From: a virus
Virus record (IMG/VR): IMGVR_UViG_3300029258_001212
Coordinates: 89,541 to 153,540 of that record
DNA length: 64,000 nt
Direction: 5' to 3' (one strand)
Below the pieces are notes generated by a model that had not been told where the DNA came from, ran no database searches, and saw nothing but the letters and a program-made list of their open reading frames with translations. Below, piece after piece: positions 15,057 to 23,977 of the stretch (within the stretch, counting starts at the first letter, position 1; each line of letters starts with the position of its first letter). A program made the position numbers and the translations under genes.

Positions 15057-16466
15057 ATGGCGAAGATCGAGCTGACGTTAAAGCGGACATACCGCCCCCA
15101 CTGGGGGGTTCCGGAGGCAGTCCGGGAGTTCCTTCAAAATTGGTTGGACGGGGGAGACAAGGGGTTCACGAAGTCCATGCGCCGGGACGGCGACTGGTTG
15201 GTGCTCCGCAACGAAGAGGTGGTGCTTCCGCGTGAGGCGCTCCTCCTCGGGTTCACCACGAAGGCGACGGACGCGGATTCACGCGGCCAGTGGGGCGAGG
15301 GGCTCGACATGGGGCTCCTGGTGGCCACCCGGTCCGGGCTGGACGTGGTGGTCTACACGGGCGCGGAGCGGTGGGCCCCGAAGCTGGTCCAGAGCGCATC
15401 GTTCGCAGACGAGGTGCTCGCGGTGTTCACGCGCCAGGTGCGGGACCGCGCCGGCACGGAAGTCCACCTGCGGATCTCTGAGGAGGAATGGGCCGAGCTC
15501 CAGTGGCGCTTCCTCGAGCTCCAGCCGGCGGAGGAGACCACCCCGGGCAGCAGAGGCCAGATCATCTTCGATGCGGACAGGCGCGGGTGCGTGTACGTCA
15601 AGGGGATCTTCGTGTCCAAGATGGATGACCTACAGCACGGCTATGATTTCGAGCACGCGCATGTGGACCTGGATCGGATGCTGGTCAGTGGCTTCGATGT
15701 GCGCTGGGAGGCGGCCATGCTGTGGGAGACCGCCATCAGCCGGTCGCCCAGTCGCAACGGGCGCGCCGCGTGGGAAATGCTCAAGTCCGAGAAGCCGGAC
15801 GTGGCCGGCCTCGGAAGTCGCCTACAGCGCAACCCCAACCCCCAGGTGGCCAGGGCCGTGGCGGAGGTGTTTAAGGCGGAGCATGGCGCGGACGCTCTCC
15901 CGGCAGCCGACGACCACCAGATGCAGAAGATCGAACATCTAGGTCGCAAGCCCGTGCGGGTGTCCAGGTCCGCGGCAGATGTGCTCGAGGCCCATTACGG
16001 TCAGTTCCACGTGATGCTCAACAAGGTGGCCAAGGCGGAAAAGGTGGCGGTGGCCACGGCCGAGCTCACCGAGCTCGAGCGCCAGGTGGTGTTCCGAGGG
16101 GTGCGCCTGGTGGAGCTCGCCATGGACGGACTCAAGTGGAGCCGGGGCTACCAGGAGCTCCTCGCCGGGCTGGACGTGGTGGAGTACGCAGACGATCAGA
16201 TACTGGGTACGTGGGAGCGCGAATCGCGCCGCATTGGTGTGTCGCGCCGTGTGCTCAATGATGTGCCAGAGTTCCTGGGGACCTACCTCCACGAGCTGGC
16301 CCACGATTTGACCGAAGCTGTGGACGGCACCCGCATTCACATCAGCGTGGCTGAGTACCTGTGGGTGCGCTGCATGAGGGTGGTGCTGGAACGCTTCGGG
16401 ATGGAGTGGCTGGATGAGCGTGCAGACGATGGGGCCGAAGTGCGGGATCTGCGACAAGGCGGTTAG
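15057..16466 (+). CDS. GHKL-type ATPase fused to HExxH zincin-like domain
   Basis: EAVREFLQNWLD, G.TTK...RGQWGEGL (GHKL motifs); YLHELAH near C-terminus. Confidence 0.75.
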   Translation: MAKIELTLKRTYRPHWGVPEAVREFLQNWLDGGDKGFTKSMRRDGDWLVLRNEEVVLPREALLLGFTTKATDADSRGQWGEGLDMGLLVATRSGLDVVVYTGAERWAPKLVQSASFADEVLAVFTRQVRDRAGTEVHLRISEEEWAELQWRFLELQPAEETTPGSRGQIIFDADRRGCVYVKGIFVSKMDDLQHGYDFEHAHVDLDRMLVSGFDVRWEAAMLWETAISRSPSRNGRAAWEMLKSEKPDVAGLGSRLQRNPNPQVARAVAEVFKAEHGADALPAADDHQMQKIEHLGRKPVRVSRSAADVLEAHYGQFHVMLNKVAKAEKVAVATAELTELERQVVFRGVRLVELAMDGLKWSRGYQELLAGLDVVEYADDQILGTWERESRRIGVSRRVLNDVPEFLGTYLHELAHDLTEAVDGTRIHISVAEYLWVRCMRVVLERFGMEWLDERADDGAEVRDLRQGG

Positions 16467-16635
16467 CATGGACAACTGCGTGGAGGTGATCGTGATCGCC
16501 CACCGTGGCCGGTCCGAGACTCCGCTCGGTTCGATGTACTACCACATGGAATGCTACCTGGACGAGCAAGATGGCGAAGCAACGCAAGCCCAGAAAGAAG
16601 CCCGGGAAGCCCGCGCGAAAAGCGGCCCCAGGTAA
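16414..16635 (+). CDS. Small Zn-finger protein
   Basis: CGIC...HMEC. Confidence 0.55.
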   Translation: MSVQTMGPKCGICDKAVSMDNCVEVIVIAHRGRSETPLGSMYYHMECYLDEQDGEATQAQKEAREARAKSGPR

Positions 16636-17548
16636 CCGGAAGAAAGCCAAGCGGCCGTTTCGCCTGAAGCGCCGTAGGGCCGGCCCGGTAGACAAGCGGC
16701 CCAAGGGGTTCCTGGGGCCCAAGACGGAAGTGCCTCACCAGTGCAACCTGGCCGGGAGGTGCTGTTGGAACGGTTGGGTGAACCTCACGCCGTTCGATGT
16801 GTGGCGGATGGTCTCCGCCCGCAAGAGTCCGCTCCGCAAGTGGGGAGTGCGCTTCACCTGGGAGCTCTGGGAAAAAGGGCTGGTGACCATGGGGGTGGGC
16901 GAGCAGAAGCGGATGCCCCTTTGCATGATCATGCCCCAGCCGTACCGTGGCCAGGAGGGGGCGGCAGAGCATTGCCCCTTTGTCCAGTGGGATGACGACC
17001 AGGTGGGCGAGCCCGAGGCGCAAGCCCTCCTCGCTGGCAAGCTCCCCGGGCCCGGCTTCTGGACGGTGAACGGAAAGCCCAGGTTCACGTGTGGCCTGGG
17101 AGAGGTGGCGCCCATCTTGTGCCAGTTCTTCCCGATGGCGCGGGTGGGCAGCCCAGCCAAGGAGGGGCAGCCAGCCACGTGGCGATTCTCGTGCCCCCTC
17201 GAGACCTGCGAGGAGTGTATGCCGGAGTCGATCAAGCCGGCCGGTTTCACGGTGCAGAAGTGGCTCCGCAATCACGTGGTGCGCGAGTACCTCCGAGTGA
17301 GCCAGGAGCACCAGGAGGTGCTGTACGCGATCAAAGCGTTCCAGCTCCCAAACGTGGTGCGGAAGCGCCTGGCGGCCACGATGTTCAACTTCGATGGGAT
17401 GCTCAAGGACGCCGGGGTGCCAGAGGAGGAGATCCTCGCCAAGCGCCCCGAGAAGCCAGAGTACCTGATCATGGCGGCGAAGATGGCGATCATGGGGATG
17501 ATGCAGCCCCCGCCAGACGGAGTGGACGGTGGCGCATCGGCTGAGTGA
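16571..17548 (+). CDS. YkgJ-family cysteine-cluster (Fe-S/Zn) protein
   Basis: CNLAGRCC...LTPFDVWR, CPF, C.L..VAP.LCQFFP. Confidence 0.75.
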   Translation: MAKQRKPRKKPGKPARKAAPGNRKKAKRPFRLKRRRAGPVDKRPKGFLGPKTEVPHQCNLAGRCCWNGWVNLTPFDVWRMVSARKSPLRKWGVRFTWELWEKGLVTMGVGEQKRMPLCMIMPQPYRGQEGAAEHCPFVQWDDDQVGEPEAQALLAGKLPGPGFWTVNGKPRFTCGLGEVAPILCQFFPMARVGSPAKEGQPATWRFSCPLETCEECMPESIKPAGFTVQKWLRNHVVREYLRVSQEHQEVLYAIKAFQLPNVVRKRLAATMFNFDGMLKDAGVPEEEILAKRPEKPEYLIMAAKMAIMGMMQPPPDGVDGGASAE

Positions 17549-17888
17549 GGTGAACGCCATCCTGGGATTCTGGGATGGCTGCTACGCGGATGCGACCCTG
17601 GGGACCAGGTGGCCCCCGAATGGGTCTCCGCGCGAGTACAGGTGGATCTGCGGATGCGAGGGCGTGTCTTTTGACGGGGTGACAGTGCAGATGACTCCGT
17701 GCCTTGACCACCAGGACGATTTGTTCCCCGTCCAAACGGATGGGGTTCCAGAAAAGACGCGCCAGGCAATGCTGGGGGTGCTGGACAGGGCTGCGGCGCG
17801 CAAGCGAGGGAGACGTGAGCGAGACAAGGGAACGAGTGGTGCAGCTCCTGATTCGGGACTGCCCGATAGTGGCAGCGTGGAAGGCTAA
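17529..17888 (+). CDS. Hypothetical protein
   Basis: Coupled ORF, CGC..CLDH. Confidence 0.5.
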   Translation: MAHRLSEVNAILGFWDGCYADATLGTRWPPNGSPREYRWICGCEGVSFDGVTVQMTPCLDHQDDLFPVQTDGVPEKTRQAMLGVLDRAAARKRGRRERDKGTSGAAPDSGLPDSGSVEG

Positions 17889-18276
17889 GGGGAAGCCGAT
17901 CCGTTGCATGTACTTCGGCGTGGGGGATAACTGCGGATCGTGTTCCTACCAGTGGCCGGAGCTCGCCCAGATGATCATGGACGAGGTGGCCACGGACGGA
18001 CAGGGGATCGAAACCTACCGCAAGCGAGCGCGAAGCGCGCGGGCGCGAGCGAAGCAATTTGACCACCTGAGCGGACTGATCCTCACCACCATTGGACAAG
18101 CCCTCGAGGAGTGGCAACGCCAGTACACCGAGGCCGGTGGAACGATGGAGCTCGAGCATGACGGACGCATGGGAGAAGTGGCCGAAAACGAGATCGAAGG
18201 TTCTGAGGTTCTCCAAGGGGGAGATGGTTCCGGTGACGGTGGAGGGGCAGACGGTGAGGATGGAAGCGCCGGATGA
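17815..18276 (+). CDS. Hypothetical Cys-containing protein
   Basis: GTG after GAGGGAG; CGSC. Confidence 0.5.
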   Translation: MSETRERVVQLLIRDCPIVAAWKAKGKPIRCMYFGVGDNCGSCSYQWPELAQMIMDEVATDGQGIETYRKRARSARARAKQFDHLSGLILTTIGQALEEWQRQYTEAGGTMELEHDGRMGEVAENEIEGSEVLQGGDGSGDGGGADGEDGSAG

Positions 18277-18640
18277 TGGCTTCCTGATCGATTACCCCCA
18301 CCGGGGCACCCAGGTGCTAGATCGTGACCTGGCGGACGCGGATTCGCTGTACGCTCCGCGGCCATCAGTGGAACGCCAGCCAGAGGAGCCAGAGCCCCCC
18401 ATGCCGCGGCTCCAGGGGCACTACCATTGTGGGTGCCCTGGGATGCGGTACAATCGGGACGAGTACCGCCGCTGGCTGAATGGACTCCAAGCCTATCGTG
18501 AGGACTTCGAGGCAGCGGAGGGAGAAGCGTATGCGCGGAGCTCGGATGGTGAGCCACGGCCCCTGGATTGGCCAGGGAGCTGGTCTCACAATCGTTGCTC
18601 CGTGTGTGGCCAGGCAATCCAAACGGCGGGGGTGGACTGA
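18158..18640 (+). CDS. Hypothetical protein with Zn-binding C-terminus
   Basis: HCGC ... CSVC. Confidence 0.55.
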   Translation: MTDAWEKWPKTRSKVLRFSKGEMVPVTVEGQTVRMEAPDDGFLIDYPHRGTQVLDRDLADADSLYAPRPSVERQPEEPEPPMPRLQGHYHCGCPGMRYNRDEYRRWLNGLQAYREDFEAAEGEAYARSSDGEPRPLDWPGSWSHNRCSVCGQAIQTAGVD

Positions 18641-18664
18641 TGCCCCCCAAGAGAGGAAAGAACG

Positions 18665-18853
18665 ATGCTCGAGTCCAAGACCGAAACGGTGATCTGTTCC
18701 AAGTGCCATCGCCAAAAGACGATCAAGGAGGGTCTCCTGACGGAAGCTCAGAAAGCCAACTGGGTGTGCCGGGTGTGCGTGGAGGAGCCGGTGGTGGAGC
18801 GCCAGGCGGACGCGCATCAGAGGGACGGCAAGGAGCTGCTACTCGAGGGGTAG
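18665..18853 (+). CDS. Small Zn-ribbon protein
   Basis: CSKC...CRVC; GAGG SD. Confidence 0.55.
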   Translation: MLESKTETVICSKCHRQKTIKEGLLTEAQKANWVCRVCVEEPVVERQADAHQRDGKELLLEG

Positions 18854-18873
18854 GCTCCAGCGACAGGGGGAAG

Positions 18874-19233
18874 GTGAAGCAGTATCGCAAGTGCGACACG
18901 TGCGGCCACAAGTTCCAGATTCGAGGCGACAAGGAGAGCTGGAAGCATCGGTGCGGCGAGTGCGCCCAGGCGCTTCGTGGCGCGTCCATCACGTGTGGTC
19001 TCTGCGAAACCCAGGTGTCGCTGCGTCGGGCCGAGCTAGTGACGTTCATCGTGAACCCAGGGAAAAAGGGCTCTAAGAAGTTCCAGGTGCGCTACTGCGT
19101 CAGGTGCGCGGTGGCCGTGCGCGCCAAGATTCGGGCGAACGCAGATCGGCAGAACACTGAATTCGAGCGGGCCCAGAAGACCCAGAAACAGCTCATGCAC
19201 GATATGTACGGACGACGGGGGGAAGGCAGATGA
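18874..19233 (+). CDS. Double Zn-ribbon protein
   Basis: CDTC..CGEC, CGLC..CVRC. Confidence 0.55.
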   Translation: MKQYRKCDTCGHKFQIRGDKESWKHRCGECAQALRGASITCGLCETQVSLRRAELVTFIVNPGKKGSKKFQVRYCVRCAVAVRAKIRANADRQNTEFERAQKTQKQLMHDMYGRRGEGR

Positions 19234-20162
19234 CAGATCAGGTGCAATTCGTTGACCAGGTTGCGGCCCTTGGTTTCGTGCAGCTCCCCGTGGCGGTGCT
19301 TCGAGATTCCAGGTTGTCCGATGGTGCGCTCCGCACCTACGCGACCCTGGTGTCCTTTGCTCGCCAGGAGCAGCGGTGTTGGCCGGGGCTGGACCGGATC
19401 GCCAGGGACCGCGGGAAGTCTACACGGAGCATCACGGCTCACCTACAGGAGCTCCGGCTGGTGGGCCTGGTGAGTACCACCCGGCGCGTTGGCACGAGCC
19501 AGGTGTACTGGATCATCCCTATGTGGAACGTGTACGGGCGCGAGGACGAGCCCCACCGGTTCACCGAGGAGGCCATCGCTGCGTGCAGCCTGGACAGCGA
19601 CGGTCGCATCCCCAGGCGCAAGGACGTGAAGGTGTCCAAGGAGGTGCCAAGCGAACCACCACCACCGGTGGATATGGGCACGGCGGCTCTGACCGTGGCG
19701 GCAGCATCGCAACGCACCGAGGAGGCCCGCGCCGCCCGGGGCGCCAAGGAGGCCACGCGCCAGGCGGCCAAGGCGGACAAGCGCGCGGCCAAGGTGGAGC
19801 GAGAGACCGGGCTGACAGGGGAGAAACTCCGGCTCAGATGGATGGAGCTCTATCGCGAGAAGTGGCCGAATCTGCCCATGCCAACGTGGGGCAAGGCAGA
19901 GCGCAGTTTGGCGAAGCGGATCGTGACCAATTACCCCGAGCTGGCCCTCGAGGTGTGCCAGCGCGTGATCGAATACTGGGAGGACTATGCGCGCCGATGG
20001 AGCCTAGACGGCGTGCCAACGATCAAGCTGGTGTGGGGCTACCGAGAGGCCCTGTTTGCGGAAGCTGCCCAGGGGCTTCCACCGGGAGGCCCAAAGGGTG
20101 ATGCGTTGCGCGCGGACGAGTACCAGGACGATGGGGGCTCCCTTGGCAAAGTCGGCTGGTAA
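19230..20162 (+). CDS. Replication initiator with N-terminal winged HTH
   Basis: LSDGALRTY..L......CWPGLDRIA...GKS.RSI..HLQEL...GL; directly upstream of DnaC-like and DnaB. Confidence 0.8.
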   Translation: MTDQVQFVDQVAALGFVQLPVAVLRDSRLSDGALRTYATLVSFARQEQRCWPGLDRIARDRGKSTRSITAHLQELRLVGLVSTTRRVGTSQVYWIIPMWNVYGREDEPHRFTEEAIAACSLDSDGRIPRRKDVKVSKEVPSEPPPPVDMGTAALTVAAASQRTEEARAARGAKEATRQAAKADKRAAKVERETGLTGEKLRLRWMELYREKWPNLPMPTWGKAERSLAKRIVTNYPELALEVCQRVIEYWEDYARRWSLDGVPTIKLVWGYREALFAEAAQGLPPGGPKGDALRADEYQDDGGSLGKVGW

Positions 20163-20808
20163 ACCAGGGCTCACCGAGAAGCAGCTACAGCGGATGAAGC
20201 TGCCTAAGCTGTATTGGACGGCCAGCATGGACAAGGTGCTCCCGGCGGACAGTATTCACAGGCGCCAGGTGCAACGCTACCTGGACGTGCTTCCGGCGAT
20301 GCTCGCCCGGGGTGGTGGCCTGTACCTGTGGGGTCCCAACCGGTCCGGCAAGACGGCTCTGGCGGCCATCATTTTGAAGGCAGTGCGGCGGTTTCGTTTC
20401 CAGGCGCTTTACATCCGGAGCTCGGACCTGATGGAGCTGGTGAATAACCGTACCCGGTACGATGAGTCTACCACGGTGATGCAGCGTGCGAAGCAGGTGG
20501 ATGCCCTTGGGCTAGATGACCTGGGCAAGGAGCACCGAACCAAGGCCCACGCCTACAATGAGCGGATCACCGAGAATCTCCTCCGGGCCCGCGCGGAGGA
20601 CCGATTGATCACCATCGTGACAAGCAACATCAACCCCCACCAGGTGGACGGCAAGCCCAGCCAGCTCGAGCGCATCTATCCGGAGTCCATGGTGCGCCTC
20701 ATGCGTGAGGTGCTGGTGCCTGTGCCAGTAGCCGGTCACGATTACGGTGCAGAGCTTGGTGCCGAGCTCAGGGCCATCCTTGAGGGAGGTGACAATGCCG
20801 GTGCTTGA
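20131..20808 (+). CDS. DnaC/IstB-like AAA+ helicase loader
   Basis: GPNRSGKT Walker A, LGLDDLGKE Walker B, TIVTSN. Confidence 0.88.
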   Translation: MGAPLAKSAGKPGLTEKQLQRMKLPKLYWTASMDKVLPADSIHRRQVQRYLDVLPAMLARGGGLYLWGPNRSGKTALAAIILKAVRRFRFQALYIRSSDLMELVNNRTRYDESTTVMQRAKQVDALGLDDLGKEHRTKAHAYNERITENLLRARAEDRLITIVTSNINPHQVDGKPSQLERIYPESMVRLMREVLVPVPVAGHDYGAELGAELRAILEGGDNAGA

Positions 20809-22075
20809 CCTGGATATGGCCCTGGTGTCGTCTCTTCTGATGGGGGGCAGGAGCGCCCTGAAGGTGGCGCGCGACTCCGGAATCACTGCCGAGCTTCTGA
20901 GCGGTTCAAGCGCGAAGCAGGTGTTCGATTTCATCGAAGCTCACACCCGTGAGCACCGGGAGCTCCCAAGCGAGGAGCTGGTGGTGTCCAAGTTCGGGGT
21001 GAGGCTACCCGAGGTGAAGGATTCGCTGCCAGTGCTGGTGAGCGAGATCCGCGACCGTCACCTGTGGCAGCTCCAAGGGACCTTCCTGGGGGACTTCGAG
21101 AAGCTGGTGAACGGGCGCACCCCTCACGAGGCCCACGCGGCGGTGGAGGAGTACCAGCGCCAGGTGCGCCAGGCGCAGATGGTGGGCAGCAAGGTGGAGT
21201 CCCTTTTCGACTATGCCGAAGGGGTGATCCAAGCCTACCTGGACGCCAAGGACGGCAAGCTGGGCATCAGAACCTACTGGCCCACCCTGGACGATTCGAC
21301 TCGCGGGTGGTGGCCGGAGGACTTTGTGGTGATCGCGGCCCGGCCCAAGACGGGCAAGACCTGGGTGCTCCTGATGATGGCCCACCAGGCGTGGAAGGAT
21401 GGCGCCAGCGTCCTGGTGATCTCCACAGAGATGAGCCGGGCACGGCTCCTCCGGCGCTTCGTGGCCCTCGAGCTCAAGCTCCCCTACAACGATCTGGTCC
21501 GCGGTGAGCTGGATATGTACGAGGAGGAGCGGTTCCTCGAGGAGACGCGCAAGCTGATCGGTCAGCCCGGGCTCGAGGTGATCGGCGCCGGGTGGCACTA
21601 CACGACGGTGAACGTGGAGGACGCTATCGCCATCACGAAGCCGGATCTGGTGGTGATTGACGGTATGTACCTGATCAAGCCTAGCTCTGGTGGAAACAAC
21701 AGCCGAGAGCGCCTGAGTAATGTGGCGAACGACCTGGTGGAAACAGCGCAGCTCCACGCCGTCCCGATTGTCGGCACCCACCAGTTCAACCGAGAGGTGG
21801 ACCCCAACGATCTATCCACCGGGCGCCTGGAGAACCTGGGCGGATCGGACGTGATCGGCTGGAACGTCTCGGCCGCGTTTGCCCTACTCCAGACCGATGA
21901 CATGCGTGAGGACCGTCAGATGATCATCCGTCCGATGGCCCTCCGCGAGTCCGGTGCAATGGACGATGTGGTGATTGACTGGGACCTGTCCAGGATGAGC
22001 TTCGGTGAGCTCGGTGGGGAGGCGGAGCTCGAGGCGGGCGAGCCCGGCGCGGCCGGTCAAGAGGTGCCGTTCTGA
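20795..22075 (+). CDS. dnaB: DnaB-like replicative helicase
   Basis: AARPKTGKT, ISTEMS, VVIDGMYL, HQFNR. Confidence 0.92.
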   Translation: MPVLDLDMALVSSLLMGGRSALKVARDSGITAELLSGSSAKQVFDFIEAHTREHRELPSEELVVSKFGVRLPEVKDSLPVLVSEIRDRHLWQLQGTFLGDFEKLVNGRTPHEAHAAVEEYQRQVRQAQMVGSKVESLFDYAEGVIQAYLDAKDGKLGIRTYWPTLDDSTRGWWPEDFVVIAARPKTGKTWVLLMMAHQAWKDGASVLVISTEMSRARLLRRFVALELKLPYNDLVRGELDMYEEERFLEETRKLIGQPGLEVIGAGWHYTTVNVEDAIAITKPDLVVIDGMYLIKPSSGGNNSRERLSNVANDLVETAQLHAVPIVGTHQFNREVDPNDLSTGRLENLGGSDVIGWNVSAAFALLQTDDMREDRQMIIRPMALRESGAMDDVVIDWDLSRMSFGELGGEAELEAGEPGAAGQEVPF

Positions 22076-23073
22076 TGCGTGAGCTGGACCTGATCTCTGT
22101 GCTCGAGCAGTGCGGATGCAGGCGCATCCGGACTTATGGCGAAGAGGTGCGCTCGACGTGTCCAGACGAGGCCAGCCACAGCCGTGGCATGGATCGGAAT
22201 CCATCGTTTTCAGCGCGCATCAATCCGGACGGCTACTCCCCCTACTTCTGCCAGGCGTGCGGGCTCAAGGGGACGGTGGAGTTCCTCGCGCTGGAACATG
22301 GGATGCCCCAGTACATGCCCGAGAAAGGGCGCAAGTACGATCCGGAGGATTGGTTCCCTGCGGAGAACCGAGAGCTGTGGGGTGGCGATGAGGAGACCTG
22401 TATCCTGATGCCTCCAGAGGAGCTCCTCCGGCGGTTCCAGGGTGGCATTCCGCGCTACTTGGTGGAGCGTGGCGTGGAGCTCGAGACGGCGAAGCGGTGG
22501 GAGCTCGGATTCGACCGGGAGTTCAAGCGGGCGATGTTCACGATTCGGGATCGCCTTGGGCGTTTCCGCGGTGTGTGCGGGCGTGCATTGTTCAAGCAAC
22601 AGAAGCCGAAGTATTGCCACTACTCATGGGACACCAGGGAGGAAAAGCTGGTGCCGTGGGTGGACTACAACCGGTACAAGGAATTCCTGCGAGTTGAGAA
22701 GCGCCTGATCTGCTACGGCGAGCACATGGTGAAAGTGCCAGCGAAGCGGCTCCTGGTCACCGAGGGGCACCTGGACGTGGTGCTGAGTGACCAGGCGGGG
22801 GTTCCGGCGGTGGGGCTCCAGGGGAGCAAGCCGAGCGATGAGCAAGTGGAGACGATTCTCGAGCTCCTGGACCGTGATGGCGAGCTGGTGGTGGGGTTGG
22901 ACCAGGACCAGTACGGCCGGGAAGGCAGGGATGAGCTGATCGCCAAGCTGGACGGACGGGTCCCCCTGTTTGACCCCAGGTTTCCAGAGGGCAAGGACCC
23001 AGCGGACCTGGTGCTCGAGGACCCAGGCGCCTACTGCGAGTTGGTGGCATCGGCGCGGGTGATTCAATGTTGA
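22075..23073 (+). CDS. DnaG-type primase (Zn-binding and TOPRIM)
   Basis: CP..H...CQAC; VTEGHLD; GLDQDQYG; KDPAD. Confidence 0.9.
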   Translation: MRELDLISVLEQCGCRRIRTYGEEVRSTCPDEASHSRGMDRNPSFSARINPDGYSPYFCQACGLKGTVEFLALEHGMPQYMPEKGRKYDPEDWFPAENRELWGGDEETCILMPPEELLRRFQGGIPRYLVERGVELETAKRWELGFDREFKRAMFTIRDRLGRFRGVCGRALFKQQKPKYCHYSWDTREEKLVPWVDYNRYKEFLRVEKRLICYGEHMVKVPAKRLLVTEGHLDVVLSDQAGVPAVGLQGSKPSDEQVETILELLDRDGELVVGLDQDQYGREGRDELIAKLDGRVPLFDPRFPEGKDPADLVLEDPGAYCELVASARVIQC

Positions 23074-23107
23074 CAAAGCTGGTGGACACTGTATTTTGGA
23101 GTGTCCG
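23070..23107 (+). promoter_or_regulatory. Sigma70 promoter with a dyad overlapping the -10
   Basis: TTGACA-16 bp-TATTTT; GGACACT...AGTGTCC inverted repeat. Confidence 0.55.
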
Positions 23108-23152
23108 TTTTTCGCAATACCTGGATGAAAGAGAACAACAAGGAGAACAACG

Positions 23153-23977
23153 ATGAGCTGGTACACAACAGGCGAAGACAACCTGGACGAGGACGAGCGC
23201 CAAGAAAAGGAAGAGAATCAATCCAAGGGCGCCAAGCGGTTCTTCCTCCGGGAGAACACGGAACGGGAGATCATCTTCCTTTCCAACGATGCGGTGCGGA
23301 TCTGGGAGCACAACCCCCTGGTCAACGGCGAGTGGAAGCCGGACAACTGGTACACGTGTCGCCAGGGAGTGTTCCGCGAGGACCCCACGTGCGCCATGTG
23401 CCAGGCGGGCATCTCGCGCTACAAGATGGGCTTCTACACCATCCTGGACACCACGGCGTTCACCTACAAGGGGCGCGAGTACAAGAACCTCCGGCGGCTT
23501 CTCGCGCTGCGGCTCGAGGGACTCAAGAAGATCAAGATCAAAAAGGATCGCGTGGGCGGCCTGGTCGGGCGCCGATTCCTGTTTGCTCGTACCAGCGCGA
23601 AGTCGCCCAACGTCGGAAACGACTGGGAGCCCATGGGCCAGGAGGACACCTTCCGCGCGTGCCCCGAGTGCCGTATGGAGCTCCAGGACCGCGAGGGCGA
23701 GGGCGGCGTCACCGAGCACTTCTGTGGCGGATGCGGCTACACCGGTGATGGCCTGTTCCTTTTGTCGGACAAGCAATACTGGTGGAAGGACCGGGAGGGA
23801 GGAGTCCATCCCCCGATGCCCTATGACCTGAAGAAGATCCTCGCCCCCATGAGCAACGATGAGCTCCGGCGTGCCCTGCGTGAAGGTGGACGCCAGACGA
23901 GCCAGCCCGAGAGCTCCAAGCAAACCGAGATGCACGACAACAACGGTCCCGGTGCCGATGAGGAGATTCCGTTCTAA
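23153..23977 (+). CDS. Gp32-like single-stranded DNA-binding protein with Zn motifs
   Basis: AAGGAG SD; RFFL..., H..C...CAMC, extra CPEC/CGGC, acidic C-terminus DEEIPF. Confidence 0.75.
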   Translation: MSWYTTGEDNLDEDERQEKEENQSKGAKRFFLRENTEREIIFLSNDAVRIWEHNPLVNGEWKPDNWYTCRQGVFREDPTCAMCQAGISRYKMGFYTILDTTAFTYKGREYKNLRRLLALRLEGLKKIKIKKDRVGGLVGRRFLFARTSAKSPNVGNDWEPMGQEDTFRACPECRMELQDREGEGGVTEHFCGGCGYTGDGLFLLSDKQYWWKDREGGVHPPMPYDLKKILAPMSNDELRRALREGGRQTSQPESSKQTEMHDNNGPGADEEIPF

